The notes under the pieces: generated by a model
What the model was told of the DNA's origin: nothing
The model's database searches: none
What the model saw: the letters and a program-made list of their open reading frames with translations, nothing else
Position numbers and translations under genes: made by a program
Shown here: positions 36,101 through 50,079 of the stretch, one piece after another
Layout of the letters: the number at the start of each line of letters is the position of its first letter
Position numbering within the stretch: the stretch's first letter is position 1
Assembly: GCA_013265495.1 (NCBI GenBank)
Contig: MU058059.1
Coordinates: forward strand, 930,001-994,000
From: Vicugna vicugna
Lineage: Eukaryota
Direction of reading: 5' to 3'
DNA length: 64,000 bases

Positions 36101-37079
36101 ACATTTAAAAATCTTTGTGAGAATAAATCCACATGGGAAGACTAGAATTTGGTGATGAGATTCCGTAGTGAGAACACAGCCAGCCAGAGAAAGAATGTGG
36201 TCAGGCCCCGGGCTGGCAGGGACGCCAGACCTGCCTCTTATGGGGCTCCCCTTGGACCCTGCTCCCCTTCACAAAACCGTCCTTCAGCCCCTCTCCCCCG
36301 CAGGCCTTCTCTGCCAAAGTCTGCACAAGCCGCCTCCCCACCCTTCAGATCTCTGCTCAAGTGCCCTCGCTAGGGACTCCATCCCGGCCTCCAGGACCCG
36401 GTCCCAGAGAACATGTTTCTACAGCTCCCACACGGCACTTGCCAGGGTGGTGAGTTTACATTCCTTTGTGTGATGATCTGAGTAATGTTAATGCCAGCTC
36501 CTCAGGTAAGCAGTTTCCATTCTGCACTAGACTCCCAGCATGGACCACTGTACCCAGCAGAGAGGAGAATTATTATTTTTTTAAACAGGAAAAAAAATTG
36601 ATAAGAAATGCATCTGAGGTTGATTTCCTTTCTCAGCACTCTTGAAAACCTGCTCTGATCTTTAAAATTTGTTCAGGACCTGTTTATTTATGTTTTTCTA
36701 CCATGAGGGTACAATCTGCTCCGCTTGGATTTTTTTTCCCTCTTTTTTGCAAGAAGACAATACTTTCTCCCCACAGGGGGAAGACTTATTTGTTTTAAAA
36801 ATTCCACCTCAAATGTTGCAGGTTAACTTCCTGGCAAATTTCTCAAGTTCTCCCAAAAGGTCCTGAGCTGTGGCTTCACTCGGTGACTTTTGTTTGATAT
36901 AGGCTCCACCCCTCACACTGAAATAGAAAAGCATAAGGTGGATGGTGGTTTTCAAGGACAATCTATGACTAAACAGCACAAAATGAGCCCAGTCCCCCAG
37001 GGGTCAGGAGGCCTGTGTCTGATGAGTGTGGAGAGCAGCAGTGTGCACAGGACAGGGACACCCCCTGGATTCTCTCTCT

Positions 37080-37180
37080 TTTTAAAAATTTTATTTAAAC
37101 ATTTTTATTTTATTTTATTTTATTTTTTAACCAGTCTTTGGGGGGGTAATTAGTTTTTTATTTAATTTTTTTGGAGGTAC
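37080..37180 (-). mobile_element. 3' fragment of camelid SINE
   Basis: T-rich tail plus ggggggtaattagttttttatt...ggaggtac, as in other copies. Confidence 0.6.
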
Positions 37181-37433
37181 AGGGTTATTTCTCACTGATA
37201 GCAATCGGATTTCTGGCGGACAAATATTGTGTAAGAGTTTAGTTTTGATATTTCAGTTTTTAGCAAACATGAGATAATACAGAAGACTTTACAGATTTTC
37301 CCCATTCAAATATGTACCTTTGGAACAAGTTAGGAAATGAGATTCAATCGCCCATTTAGGGCTTCTTTTAAAATAAAACAAAACAAAAGTGAAATAGAGC
37401 CTTGAAAACTCAATTTGAATAATCTTTTCTGTT

Positions 37434-37822
37434 TAAGTCAGACAGAGAAAGACAAATATCATATGATATCGCTTATATGTGGAATCTTAAGAAAATGATA
37501 CTAATGAACTTATTTACAAAACAGAAGCAGACACACAGACATAGAAAACAAACTTGTTTACCAAAAGGGAAGGGGTGGGGAGGGATAAGTCAGGAGTTTG
37601 GAGTTAGCAGACAGACACTACTATGTATAAAACAGGTAAACAACAAGGTCTCACTGTACAGCACAGGGAACTGTACTCAGTATCTTATAATAACTTATAA
37701 TGGAAAAGAATCTGAAAAAGAATATATATATATATATATGGATGACTGAATCACTATGCTGTTCACTAGAAACTAACACAACAGTGTAAATCAACCATAC
37801 TTCAATAATAAAAAACATAAAA
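37434..37822 (+). mobile_element. L1 3' end
   Basis: aagtcagacagagaaagacaaatatcatatgatatcgcttatatgtggaatct...ttcaataataaaaa. Confidence 0.92.
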
Positions 37823-39479
37823 GAAAATCTAGAGAAAGACAGGGAACTCTAAGTTTCATTACAGAAACATTATTCCAGAATGGTTTAGAATGGTCTCATA
37901 TGATGTCTGGACAGTATATATTTCTAAAGGAATAACTGGAGCATTTTGCTTGGGGTAATCATTTAAAACCACCCCATGTGCTTTACCAGCTCAGTCTAAC
38001 GGCATTTCCCTAAAGAATGTGCTGGCTCGTCAGTGACTTTATTTGCTGTCGCCATGGCATTCCATAAGAAAAAACGCGTCTCTTTATTCCCTGCAGTTTC
38101 GCAAACACCGTAATGAGAACCGGGTCCCTGTGCGGGCCGCCCATCTGCCAGCATCACTCAGCCCTGCAGGCAGCAGCGCAAAAACGAGGAGCGTTCCTAC
38201 GTGCAAAGACGACTTCCCCAGAGGATTTTCTTTCACCCTTATTAGAAAATGACTCCAAGTGGACATACCAGTTAAACACAGCTGTCTGTCACACTGAACA
38301 AACGCATTCTGGCACGGCGAAGATGTCTCGTCTGTTGGCAAGAAGAAACTCCCGCTGATCAAAGCATCTCATGAATTAGTATCTAATCCAGCCGTTTTAA
38401 TTTGCCGTTTGTAGAGACATCCCGGACCCGGGTTGCAGGAAACAGTCACTAGGCAACACTAACAAACTAGATCCGTCTTGGCAGGAGAAGCAAAAGGAAG
38501 ACCTCGATTCCAATTATCTACAAATGAAACATCCGCAACGGCTGTCTGATGAGGGAAATCACACAAGTCATAGGATGTTAACGTTACTGATGGAAACGTT
38601 ACATGTTCCAACACGAGGATCCCACGACTTGGAACCTCCGACCTCTTCTAGCAGAAACACATAAAAAGCTTCAAGTGCATTCGCTGGTCCGTACAATCCA
38701 CACAACTAAAGAGGAGAAGAAGCCTCTGCTTTTCTGCTGCAAAGAGAGGCAACCAAACCCAGGGCTCAGCACTGAGACGTCCGTCTGCCCTGGACCAGGA
38801 GGGACGGAGGACGGGGGAGGCGGGCGGCACTTCCTTAATGAACAGCAGGGCACGACCACAGCCCCAGACTGCCGAAGCGCTGGACACTCTGCATGGGGGT
38901 GGGCTTTTTCCTGATTTAAGATAAAAAAATTTTAAGAGAACTTTTTGAATACCACCACCCCTTGCAGTCGTGGGACCTTAAAGATCACGATTACCCAGTC
39001 TGCTAAGGTAAGACCACTCCTGAGAGTCTCCTCAAACTGTTCCAAGAAACGGGGGTCAGTCATTCCTTATAAGAAACATAACGTTGTGGTTCCTATCGCT
39101 TTGTGTAGCTGAAATTTTAATGTACAAAAACCAAATTAAAGAAATAAGAGGAGAATTGGCAAGGGGCTGGAGCGAGGCACAAGAACCCGTCCCCACGAAT
39201 GACAACACCGCATTACTTCTCGGCGGACGGCACCTGGTAGAGCTCCCGCCGTGCCTCGACGGCCCCTCGGAAGTACTGGGAATGCTTCTCTGTGTACATT
39301 CTCTCCTCGACCTGTCTGAAGGAGACCCACTCAATCATAACCCTGCAATCACTCCTGCAATGTCCCCGCGGGGTCAGGCAGGCACACCCAGTTCATAAGT
39401 GGAAGGTCTGGCCAGAAGGGGCAGGCGCTGGGTGTATGGAAGCGCCAGAGTGGGTGCGGGGAGACTGCACAAAGCCCTC

Positions 39480-40055
39480 CGCGATCCCGACTTTAAACGT
39501 CAGGGTTCCCCAGGGTTCTGCCGCCAGTGCTCTCCTCCCACTGACTCGCTATCTGCACAATCTCATTCCCTCCATGTCTGAATGAGCATAAAAGGCAACA
39601 GCTCTCACGAAGTCTACCAGCCTGACTTCTCCTCCAAAGGCTGAATGATAATATATCCAACTGCAATGGTAGACTGCTACTTTCATATTCCAGGCACTTT
39701 AAATTCAATAGGTTTAAGTTAAATTCACCATCTTCCCCCACAAGCCTGTCTTCGGTATTCCATGCCTGTCATGCAGTCATTCAGTCCAGAAATTTGGACG
39801 TCAGTATTGGTTACTGACTCTTACCACCACCCATACCCTCCCCACACATCCAGTTAATCACCTGCTCATTTTCAGGATAGTTCTTGACAATCCATTCTCT
39901 TCCTTCCGTCCCACTGCCACCACCTTGGCTCTGGCCCTTGGCAATTCTTGCCTGTTTGAGATGCAGCCAACTAGCAGCCCTTCTTCAATGGCTATTTAGT
40001 AGAAGTGCATTTAAAAATGCAAATGGCAAATAGCTCCCCTAAGTAAAGCCCCGTC
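39480..40055 (+). mobile_element. Degenerate L2 fragment
   Basis: L2-like motifs (gttccccagggttctg; ccagcctgacttctcctcc; cttccgtcccactgccaccaccttgg). Confidence 0.55.
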
Positions 40056-40061
40056 ACCTAC

Positions 40062-40625
40062 TGTGATGTCCCTCTGCCCTGGTGTGCACGCCCTGCAGTC
40101 CCGGAGACAGCAGACAGAGTGGCTGTTACTCTGTCTAATGACTGGGCCACATGAGCTGGCACAGTTGACTTTAAGACAGGGACGCTATCTGGGCAGGCCC
40201 AACCTAGTCACATAAACTCTTGAAAGCAGAGTTTTCCCCAGCTGGGAGCAGAAGGAGGGGGCGAGGCTGGGAGACTTGAAGTTAGAGCGATTCAAGGAGA
40301 GCGTTTTTCTGTTGCTGAGACAGACGGGGCCTCACGGACAGCAAACTCGGCAGCCCCGAGTAGTCCCCACGGCCCCGTGTGACAGCCAGAACGACAGCGG
40401 GGACCTCAGTCCTACAACCAGGAGGAAATGAATTCTGCCAACGGCACCAAAAAGCATGAAGACGGGGCCTCCAAATGGACATGCATCAGTGACCAGCACG
40501 ATTTCTGCTCTGTCAGACCTGGCGCGGAGGACTAGCCAGAAAATGGGAGATGATAAACATGTGTCGTTTTGACTCTCTAAATTCATGGCAATTTGCTACA
40601 AAGCAATAGAAACCCGACTTATGCA
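40062..40625 (+). mobile_element. MLT1-type MaLR solo LTR
   Basis: gggacctcagtcctacaaccaggaggaaatgaattctgccaac...gagatgataaacatgtgtcgtttt...ggcaatttgctacaaagcaatagaaa. Confidence 0.8.
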
Positions 40626-42034
40626 AACAATACCCCACCCTGTTAGCAGGCCAGACCCGTCCCTCCCAGCGGGTCCTTGGTCTTCCGTTCCAACCTCCCC
40701 CGCCCCTGATGTTTCAAATTCTCCACGCTCGCTTTTCACGTCTCCTTATTTGCCCAAATTCTAAGGGAATTATGTAAATTTCCTAAGTGTAATCGGAATC
40801 ACTCTGGAGATTTAAAAATAAATAAATAAAAATAAATGACTTAAATTCACCGCAGGGAGAGTCTGCCAGCATGGTGCCTGGACACCTGCTTACTGCCCCT
40901 AACAGCGTGGCCCACTGCTGGGGAGTCTCTGCTGGAAAGGAGGTTTTCACAGCCAGCGGAGGATCTGGAGTCGTGATTTTTCACATCAGCCCTATTTCAA
41001 ATCCTAGATCCTAAGAGAGAGAGGAATCCAGGAAACGTGCCTCCGACAGCCACTCCCAATTTGTTCGGGCAAGAGAGACAGTTCTCTCCCACAGCGGAGG
41101 CTCTGTGCCAACACGGAATGGCAATGCGCTGAGGAGATCCCATCGCTTCCTTTTCCGAGTTGCTCCTACCGTGTCCCTAGTTGTCTGACCCAAGCTCAGT
41201 GCATCACGGAACTCCTGATACAATGAGAGGCAGAGACTCCCACGTTCTAGACCTGCTACAGAAGGGCGAACAGAGGATGGCCTGTATTTTTAAAGATGCT
41301 TAAAATAAAACTGAAGTCTCTTCAAAAACCTTCAGAGTCATTGTGTGAGAAATCAGAAAATACAGGGAGTCGAGGCTAAGTGGAACTAGGAAGGGTGTTC
41401 CGTGTCAACTTCTGAAGGGAGTAGGCATGGAGGACAAGCAGGGTGACCCTGTCAACCCCTCCTGCCACAGCCCCGCCTGCACGCCGCAAGGAGCCCACCG
41501 CTGCAGCCCAGGACGGCCGGCTCCTCACCCGCGCCGCAGCGGGCGGCTCCCAGGGCGCCGGCACCGAAGCCAGGAACGGCGTGGGTGTGAGCACGTCCGG
41601 CACACGGTCAGGCTCTCACACACCGAGTGCTTTCCGACACAGCGGCACAGACCCCGAGCCGCGTCTTCTGTCGGACCTCAGCAGGGTCAAGCCGGGCAGT
41701 GTGAGAAAAGCGAGTCTGCTGCTTCCAAGGTGGGTTTCTCGGTCCCAGCAAGCTCCTAGGTGAGTGGGTGTGAAATCTTCAACACGAGTGCAGTTGCTTC
41801 CTGTTCATATTGATTAAGATCATGCAGCATTTCCCAAACCGCCGGATTCATGATTAGCTGATACAAAAACACTGATAATATTCTTTCCAGGTTAAAAAAA
41901 ACCCAACCACCTAGAAGTGGGGAGTCAAGATGAAATTCACTTTCACAGATTTAAGGAATACTTTCCAGTGTCTAATATATTGTTAGGTGATGAGAGCAAA
42001 TCTCTAAATAGTGTGGAGTTTTTTTGGTTGTTGT

Positions 42035-42608
42035 TGTTAAGACTTTATATTTTTAGAGCAATTTTAGTTCACAGCAAAAAGGAGAGGGGAAGGTACAGAG
42101 GTTTCCCACATCCCCCCCTCACACACATACCGGCATAGCCTCCTGCCGTCAGCATCCGTGCACCATGTAAGTGGTGGGTTTATTACCATTAATGAGCTTA
42201 CACGGACACATCAGAACACACCCTAAGTTCCTAGTTGACATCACAGTCCGCTCGGTGCTGTATCTTCTGTGGGTTTGGACAAGTGTATAAAGACATTATT
42301 ATGGAAATATACAGGGTATTCTCACCGCCTACAACACCCTCAATTCATCCCTCCTTCTCCTATTCAAGCCCTGGTAACCAGTGAGCTTCCTACTGTCTCC
42401 ATAGTTTTGCCTTTTCCAGAACGTCACACAGTAACTGGACTCATACAGTGTGCAGCCTTTCCAGATCGGCTTCTTTCACTTAGTAACATGCAGTTAAAGT
42501 TCTTCCATGTCTCTTCCATGCTTGATGGCTCACTTTTTTACACTGCTAAGTACTATTCCACTGTCTGGATTCTAACACAGTTTACTTATCCACTTACCTA
42601 CTGAAGGA
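42035..42608 (-). mobile_element. Older L1 (L1MB/MC-like) 3' end
   Basis: agactttatatttttagagcaattttagttcacagcaaaa...ggcttctttcacttagtaacatgcagttaaagttcttccatgtc. Confidence 0.8.
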
Positions 42609-44894
42609 TAAAAGCAAATCTCTAAAACGTATGAAGCTATGATTCCATTTTTACATTAAAAACCCACCATTCTCTATACAGAGTATTTTATACTTATATT
42701 CTTACAGACAGTGCCTAGAAGGATATGCCTTATGCCTTACAGCATGGAAGTTCCATAAGGTTGGGACCCTTTCCAATTTGCCAGCCGGTATAGACCAACA
42801 GGGCTCCCGGCTCCTGTAAACACTCTTTCTTCCACTCACAAGTGGACTCTAGTTTACAGATGAGAAAATGGACACTTCAGTAACTTACAAACAAAGGGCA
42901 AACCAAGATGCCAACCAGGCCGCTGCTACTGTCACACACGGCCCCCCACAGTTTAATAGAATTGAAGCTCAAAGTTCAATTCTTTATAGAGTCAACTGGG
43001 GAAATGCATTCCACTGTACAACAGCCCTCTAGTCCAATCTGATTCGTGATACTTCGATGGACACCCAGCCGCTGGGACACCTATACAACATGAGTTTCAT
43101 AAACACGGTTTAACAAGCCTGGGTGTGAGCAACCCTTTCCACTGAAATACTACATGCTCGCTCCACTCCTGGATGAGGGAATTCAGAGGGAACTCCGAGT
43201 TCAGCCCTCCCTCTATTCTGTCTTTAATGGACCCCAATATTTCGGGTACTGCTACAGAAAACCTGATGGGGCGTGTTCCTTAGCAGAAGTCGCCAGCCAT
43301 TCAAGAAAGCTAAATTTTGGCAAAGCTGAATCCAATTTTTAAATTAATTTAGAATTTTTAAATGGTCCTCTGTTTACTGGAACGACTACAGACACCCTGA
43401 GCATGTCTGTCTGATGCAGAAACCTTGAGAGTAAATGTAAGGGAAATATAAAACCTTGGCAAGAATGGTTAACAATACCTTTTCCACATATCGACAGCCC
43501 CAAATGAAGCTTGCATTTAGAGCTAAATACACTATTAGCCTCGACATAAGTGCCCAAACGGGCCGCTGTGATTTATCAACTTATTGCCAATAATATTAGC
43601 TACGGCTTATGTGCCACAAACAAAAAAGCAGAGAAGGAAGCTATTCCGTCTCACTACACAACGCTTTAGCAGAGCCACCCTCTGTATTTCATCATCAACT
43701 TTCCCACCTCCTGCTGAATTGTTTAACTGCCATCTGAAGAGCCACCAAGACTGGACTGAAATGCCACCACGATGGATTCTCCCATATTCCTTTGCTACAA
43801 AAATTAACACGACCACAGGAATACTAAAACCACAAAAGGTGTCATGAATGCGCTTTACTATCTCCTTTTAAGTGAACAACGTTTTTTCAAATGAAGAGCA
43901 CCACATTCCCCTCTCTTCTCGTGCTGATGGGACACTGGGCTGTAAGACGCCCATGGCAGCCAACTCCTGCAGTTAGCTGCTGCCTGACTACGCGCACTTT
44001 CTTTTGGGGCCAGATCAGCTGGTGCGTGGATGCCAGTAAGCCATGTGCAAGCTGGTTCTTTGTAAATATTTCACCATGTCCCTATAATGGCGCCTTCAAT
44101 ACCATACTCTCCACCAGGCTTCCTGAGCCTCCCTCTGTGTTTTTCTGGAACGTGTGTGGACACACACCACATTCAGATTTTGGAGGACTCACAGCATTCA
44201 CGCTCTCCTCCAACTCTTAAGAGTCTGCGATTCTACCAGACTCTGGCCCTGCAAAGAAGTCAGGGGTGCTGTTTGTAAGCCTTGGAATTTGGAGACAAGG
44301 TCAAAGACATCTGCCTCTGAAACTGAGGGAAACAATGACAAAGAAAGTGCTGTCAAATTCAGGACGATCCACCAAGTGGGGATCTCCCCAGGTGGTGACC
44401 GACCTACGGAAAGACTTTCTCATCCTGTGGCAGATACCAGCAGCCTTCTTCCTAAACTTCCTGCGGGGCCAAGACTACATCTACGGGAAAGAAAGGCATC
44501 AATTTAAATGCTAACTAAGAGAAGACGAGCTATAATCTTGAAAATTACAACCTGCCTTGCATGGGGGAAATGCTGTACTTACGAAATGAACCGGCAATTG
44601 GTCAGGAAAACGGGGGCGGGGGTGGAATCACTGCCTGGTGAAAACTTTCTCTCCGGAAGGGCTGGCTAGGGTCCCAGTGAGGCTGGGCTGCCTCTCCACC
44701 TTGAGCGGGATGGTGTGGAAACTACACAAATGTGCTTAAAGTCATTCTATATTAAGGCAAAGAGCTGAGTCGCGCCTGGAACTCTGTTCCCTGCCCTACT
44801 CTGAAGAGCTTCTGCACTATTATCCCCCAGCTGTTTGCCTCTTCTCATTCACAATAAAATAGTGTTGGTTCCAAATTTTACTCTTCACACAGTA

Positions 44895-45461
44895 TTTTTT
44901 TTCAATTGAAGTGTAGTTGATTTACGACGTTGCTAGTTTCAGGCATACAGCAAAGTGATTCAGTTATATATATAGACACATCCTTTTTCAAATTCTTTTC
45001 CATTATAGGTCATTACAAGATATTGAATAGAGTTCCCTGTGCTCTACAGTAGAAACTTGTTCTTTATCTATTTTATATATAGTAGTGTGTATCTGTTAAT
45101 CCCAAACTCCTAATTTATCCCCCCTCCTTTCCCCTTTGGTAACTATAAGTTTCTTTTCTGTGTCTATGAGTCTGTTTCTGCTTCGTAAATAAGTTCATCT
45201 GTACTATTTTTTAGATTCCCTATACAAGCGATATGATACAGTACTTTTCCTTCTCTTTCTGGCTTACTTCACTTAGAATGACAATCTCTAGGTCCATCCA
45301 TGTTGTTGCAAATACCATTGTTTCATTTTTTATGGCTAAGTAGTATTCCACTGTATAAATGTACCACAGCTTCTTTATCCAGTCACCTGTTGACGGACAT
45401 TTAAGTTGTTTCCATGTCTTGGCTGTTGTAAATAGTGCTGCTCTGAACATCGGGGTGCATC
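44895..45461 (-). mobile_element. L1 3' end (ORF2 C-terminal remnant plus 3'UTR)
   Basis: ORF 45220-45450 translates to the L1 ORF2 C-terminus (MFRAALFTTAKTWKQLKCPSTGDWIKKLWYIYTVEYY). Confidence 0.93.
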
Positions 45462-47867
45462 TGTCTCACAGAATATCTTATTTCATGATAATACAGCCAA
45501 AACCAAAGCCTTGGTGATCACTTCGAGAAAATCAGGTTTAAGAAATCTCAAGAAGATGACACCCTTTCCATCAACTCAACCTGTCCCTTGGATAAGGTCT
45601 GCTCATAACCTCAGAGCCCTTTTGTTGCCGGGAGACCTCATTCATCCACTTCAGGCCAGAGTTACGCTGCCCGATTTATTAGAAGGAGAGACCTTTGCGA
45701 GTGTCTACTTCCAGCCACTAGGCAAGGGGCAGGAAGGAGGGAGGAGAGGGAAGGAGATGGGAGAAGGAATACAGATGAGAAAGTGAGCACAGGAGACAGA
45801 CTGGGGTGGCCTCACTTCCTTCTACCTCCTCCCAATCTACATATGTAAGTAACTATGGAATTTAGAAAAATTGATCTATTTGATGTCAAAAGCTTACAGC
45901 ATTTAAAACAGAGTAGATACTTAAGAACTGAACAAATATATTATTAAATAATTTAAAAAGCACATCTTTTCCCTTCTTTTTCTCCTTTCCTCCTAGGATT
46001 TCACAAGTCCATGCTGGAGTAAATACTGTATTTCGATTTGATCTTTGCTGCTACTGACTTTGGGTGTCCTGATGTCCCCAGCCAAGAGCGCTCTGGGGGA
46101 GAGCGCAGGAGGTCTGGGTTGCGGCTGTGTGTCCTCAGGCACACCATTAACTGCTCTGAGCCCATTTCTTCCTCAGCGAAATGAGGTAGGAGACAAAGTG
46201 ATTTCCAATGTCCCTTCCAGATCTTAGACTGCGTGGCTCTGTGAGGAAGACAATGCCCTGTCTGAGCCCAAAGTCTTTGTCTCATTTGGTTTTCAGCGTC
46301 TGGAAAAAAACTTTATATCAAAGGCCCTCAAGACAAACTTTATATCAAAGTCTGTAAAATTAGTAAAACTCCTGGGCATCTTTTGCACACTGTGTGACGG
46401 TAGTTCCAGAGACTGGAATTGTTGTAAACAGGAAAAAAGAATATGCATTAAGCCAAATCATAATTAAACCTCGAACGATGCACTCCCTTGTTAAAAACTA
46501 TTTCTGTGCCTGCCATATACAAATTGATCAATGTGTTCTAGAAAATACAAAGATTTTAATGAGGTGCTCGGCCCAGACAACACCTTAAGAGAGAGGCTTG
46601 GAAGCTGTAGCAAAGGCCGGCTTCTCGGAAGGTGGCTGGGGCAGCTCACTGGTAGCAGACACTCCTGTCCTGGGACCCGGGGGCCAGCTTAACTCATGCG
46701 AATGGGAGGCCGCGTCCATCATGCTGGGAGATGAGGAATGGCTTGGACAAAAGTAGGGAAGAAACATCTTTGCTTCCGGGGCCAGGGCTGAGTTAGAGCG
46801 GGCACCGAGCATCTGGAAGCAGAATCGGTGGTAAGCAGGATGAAGCCTGGCCCGGGAGCAGGGCTGCAGTCTGTCACACCTGCGGATGGCGCTCAGTGAC
46901 AGGTGCGCTTTCCCCAAACCTCAAGTTAAGCCTAGACGCAGGTGTGCGAAGGGCAAGTTCTTCTGGAGAAGCAGCCCCGAGTGAGCAGGACCCTCCCCTG
47001 AGCCCAGAGGAAGGTGCCCGCAGCTGAGTCAACATCTCTTAAGACCAGGAGCAGAGCAAAGGATTTCAAGGATTTTTTTTTTTCTAGAGCATAGGTGAAA
47101 ACTCTCAGAGGTAAAGCTGGGGAAGATTCTGAAAAGACAAATTTTAAGCAAGTCTACTGGAAATAAAAATGTGTAACCTGAATAATCTGAACATTTAATC
47201 ACATCATGGTGAGAACAAGAAAATCTGGATTATTCTGAAACCTGGAAGACGGCTTTCTTCCCCAAGCAGGTAAGGAACACCCGCTACGTGAGAGTCGGCC
47301 GCTGCGCTGTACGAAATACAAACATGGATGAGACACCGCTCGCGGGACCACGCGCCCACATTCCGCTTCCGAAGCCCCCCACCCCCCGCCTGAATGCAGA
47401 GCTCAGAAGCTCGTTTCATCAAGTCAGCGACACAAAGTGGTCGGGAAACACAAGGCGAGAGTGAAGAGCTCGGGGGATAGCGAAGTGAAAAGCAGACCTA
47501 GGCCTTCGGCACCACGGGTCAGAACAGTAACACCCGGAAAACAAACCTCCACCCGGCCTCAACACCGTGTGACCGCGGGGAGTGAACGCAAAAAGCACCC
47601 CGGAGCTGTGGTCTTTGACATGCGGTCCCCTCAACGTGCACAGCCACTCAAGTTCAAAGTCACTCAGCCTCCATAACACAGCCCCCAGTGTGGTGGTGCT
47701 CCACAGGGCTTACTGGTTTTATTTCTTGACATAGATGCTCACACTTTTAACCTTCACAGTGTGTGCGGTGTGCCTACACTCACGATGGACTATGAATCTG
47801 TTACTTTTTGAAGATCACAACCAGCAGAAAAGAGCTAACAATTTTAGTAAAAGCATTTGTTTCTCTT

Positions 47868-48017
47868 TTTTAAACAAATATTTTTTAAAATTCTTTTTTG
47901 GAGGTGAGGTAATTAGGTTTACTTATTTATTGACTGTATAATGGAGGTACTGGGGGCTAGACCTAGGACCTCGGGTGTGCTAAGCACATGCTCTACCACC
48001 GAGCTACACCCTTCCCC
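47868..48017 (-). mobile_element. Camelid-type tRNA-derived SINE
   Basis: Same family as 22812; approximate TSD tttgt(t/c)tctctt. Confidence 0.85.
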
Positions 48018-50034
48018 TTGGGTTTGTCTCTCTTAACCAAGCCATAACAAGGTCCAATCTGCACCCTTCGGGAAGACTGAATGCTGACTCTGTCAGGTAA
48101 ATAAGAAGGTGCGTGTTAACAGTCCTTGTGCGTGACGGTCCCCATGGCTGCATCAGCGTCACTGCAGGAGGAAACCAAGGTAACCAAGCTCTTAAGCCAC
48201 CGGGAGGCCCCAGGGCCTGATCTGCAGCAGGGAGGCTGCCGCTGCTGCCGGACTGGGCCCCTCGGTTCCAGCACAGGGCAGATGGTTTGATGTGATGAGA
48301 CAGCTGAGCAGAGACCCACTGAGAGGTTAAGTCAGAATTTACACGGTGTCACAGAATCAAAAACTCTGTGGCTTAGGCTATTGTTGAATGAACGATCCCC
48401 GGACAGGTTTGGAAAAAATTCCTATTTTTAATTTTTCACAATGATCATTTCTCGTAATCCATGAAAGGCCACAGGTGCTCTATTCAACGTTCCGGGTGTG
48501 GCAACCCTACCTGCTGGCCAGTCCGGAGCTTCTACAGGGGCTGCAAGGCATTTTAAGAGAAGCTGGAAAATTCAGACACTGAGTTTGTGTTTCCAGCCAA
48601 ATCCCATGAGGGGAATATATGAAACAGAAGCATGACTTGGACAGCTGATTGAATCACGAGCAAGACAGAGCATTTGGACGTTTTGTAGACAGTCGCTTCC
48701 TGGCCAACAGTCAGAAGGGGACAAATGCACATTCAGGACAGAGTGCGTGAGCGTCCCTCCCCCTCCCTGGTGCCTTGGAAGCATCTCTGGACGGGATCGA
48801 GAAGAGCCTGAGGAGTAGACGCCACCGTTTCGGTGCTTACTCCCAACCCCGGGCCATCCCGAAGGGCCCTCCGACCAGCAGAGCTCTGGACGCAGCCAGA
48901 CCCGGGGGCGGGGAGGCGCGCTTCTAAGGCTTTACTGCTGCACTTACGTAGCTTTTGGACTTGCCCCAATCTGGATGCAAACGTCCCTGCAGCGTGGCTG
49001 AGTCGCTGCCGTCCTCCCCCAGAGTTCCAGCCCCGTGCGGACTTACCGGGGCTCAGGAGCACTGACTCAGCGGCATGCGGGGCGCAGAAGAGCGAGCCCA
49101 GGTCCCCACGCACAGAGACCCGGCGGGGCCCTGTGAGGAACACCCGCAAGGTCCCCGCCCCGCCCGCCACTCCGCAGGAACGCTCCAGACACCCCCAGCC
49201 GTGGGATTCTGGTGGAGAACAAACCAAACTCCCCTGGAAAATGGCTTTACGGGTGTAAACGCTCAGCAGCACACCTATGCTACGAAGGAGGGGCCCGCAT
49301 CTCAGATCACGGCTGACTTCTTGTCCTAAAACCAAATCAGACCAGATGAGGATGGTGCCAGGTGAGAGCAGACATTTCTAACTGGATGGGCACTAGGAAC
49401 AACGCTGTCCCTGAGCAGACTCGCACGGGCCCCCGAACCCAGCTGCAGCGGGACTGAAATGGACGCGAGGAGCACTGGTTCCTCTACTGTGTGTGACGGG
49501 GGCGCTTTTGTTTTTCTTTTAAAATTCATGTTTCAGACATAAACAGCAACAAGGATCACAAGCCACGGGGAGCTGCTTGTGTTCCCTCAGGGTCCAAATA
49601 AACAACAAGAAGGGACCAGCAGAGCTGGAGATTCTGTCGGCACATGTGAAAACCCGGCAGCCCGAAAACGCTGCCCAGACATACATCAAACGATTTATAA
49701 GACCTTTTCTTATATTTTACTCATAATAAGGTCTTTCTATATTCTAGATTATCAAGACTAAGCATTTGAAAAAATTATTGAGGAAAAAGTCTCTCAAATG
49801 GAAAAACACCAGATGCTGTAACAACCTCAGCCTACTGCTGGAGGGAAATTTGAAAACCTCGCAGAGTTGGAAAAGGCCTCCCATCAAAACTCTGGGGGTA
49901 AGAACCGAAGATTCATTCAATGCTTGGTCATTGCTCTCATGCTTCTCTGGGTCGTTGGGTTTCTTCCGGTGAAGCACTGCCGGGCAAGAGAAAATGCCAC
50001 CTCGTGCTTTCAAAGGAAAGGAGAACCAGGCAGG

Positions 50035-50079
50035 GTGTGTGCGTGTCTACGTGTGTCTATGCGTGTGTGTGTGTGTGTC
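50035..50079 (+). repeat. Imperfect (GT)n microsatellite
   Basis: gtgtgtgcgtgtctacgtgtgtctatgcgtgtgtgtgtgtgtgt. Confidence 0.8.

Noticed and set aside
45220..45450. ORF with real protein similarity
   Set aside because: It is an L1 ORF2 C-terminal remnant in a 5'-truncated copy, not a gene.
48733..49335. 200-aa minus and 141-aa plus ORFs in intron 3
   Set aside because: GC-rich stop-poor sequence with non-ATG starts, no domain, and no convincing splice-site pair.
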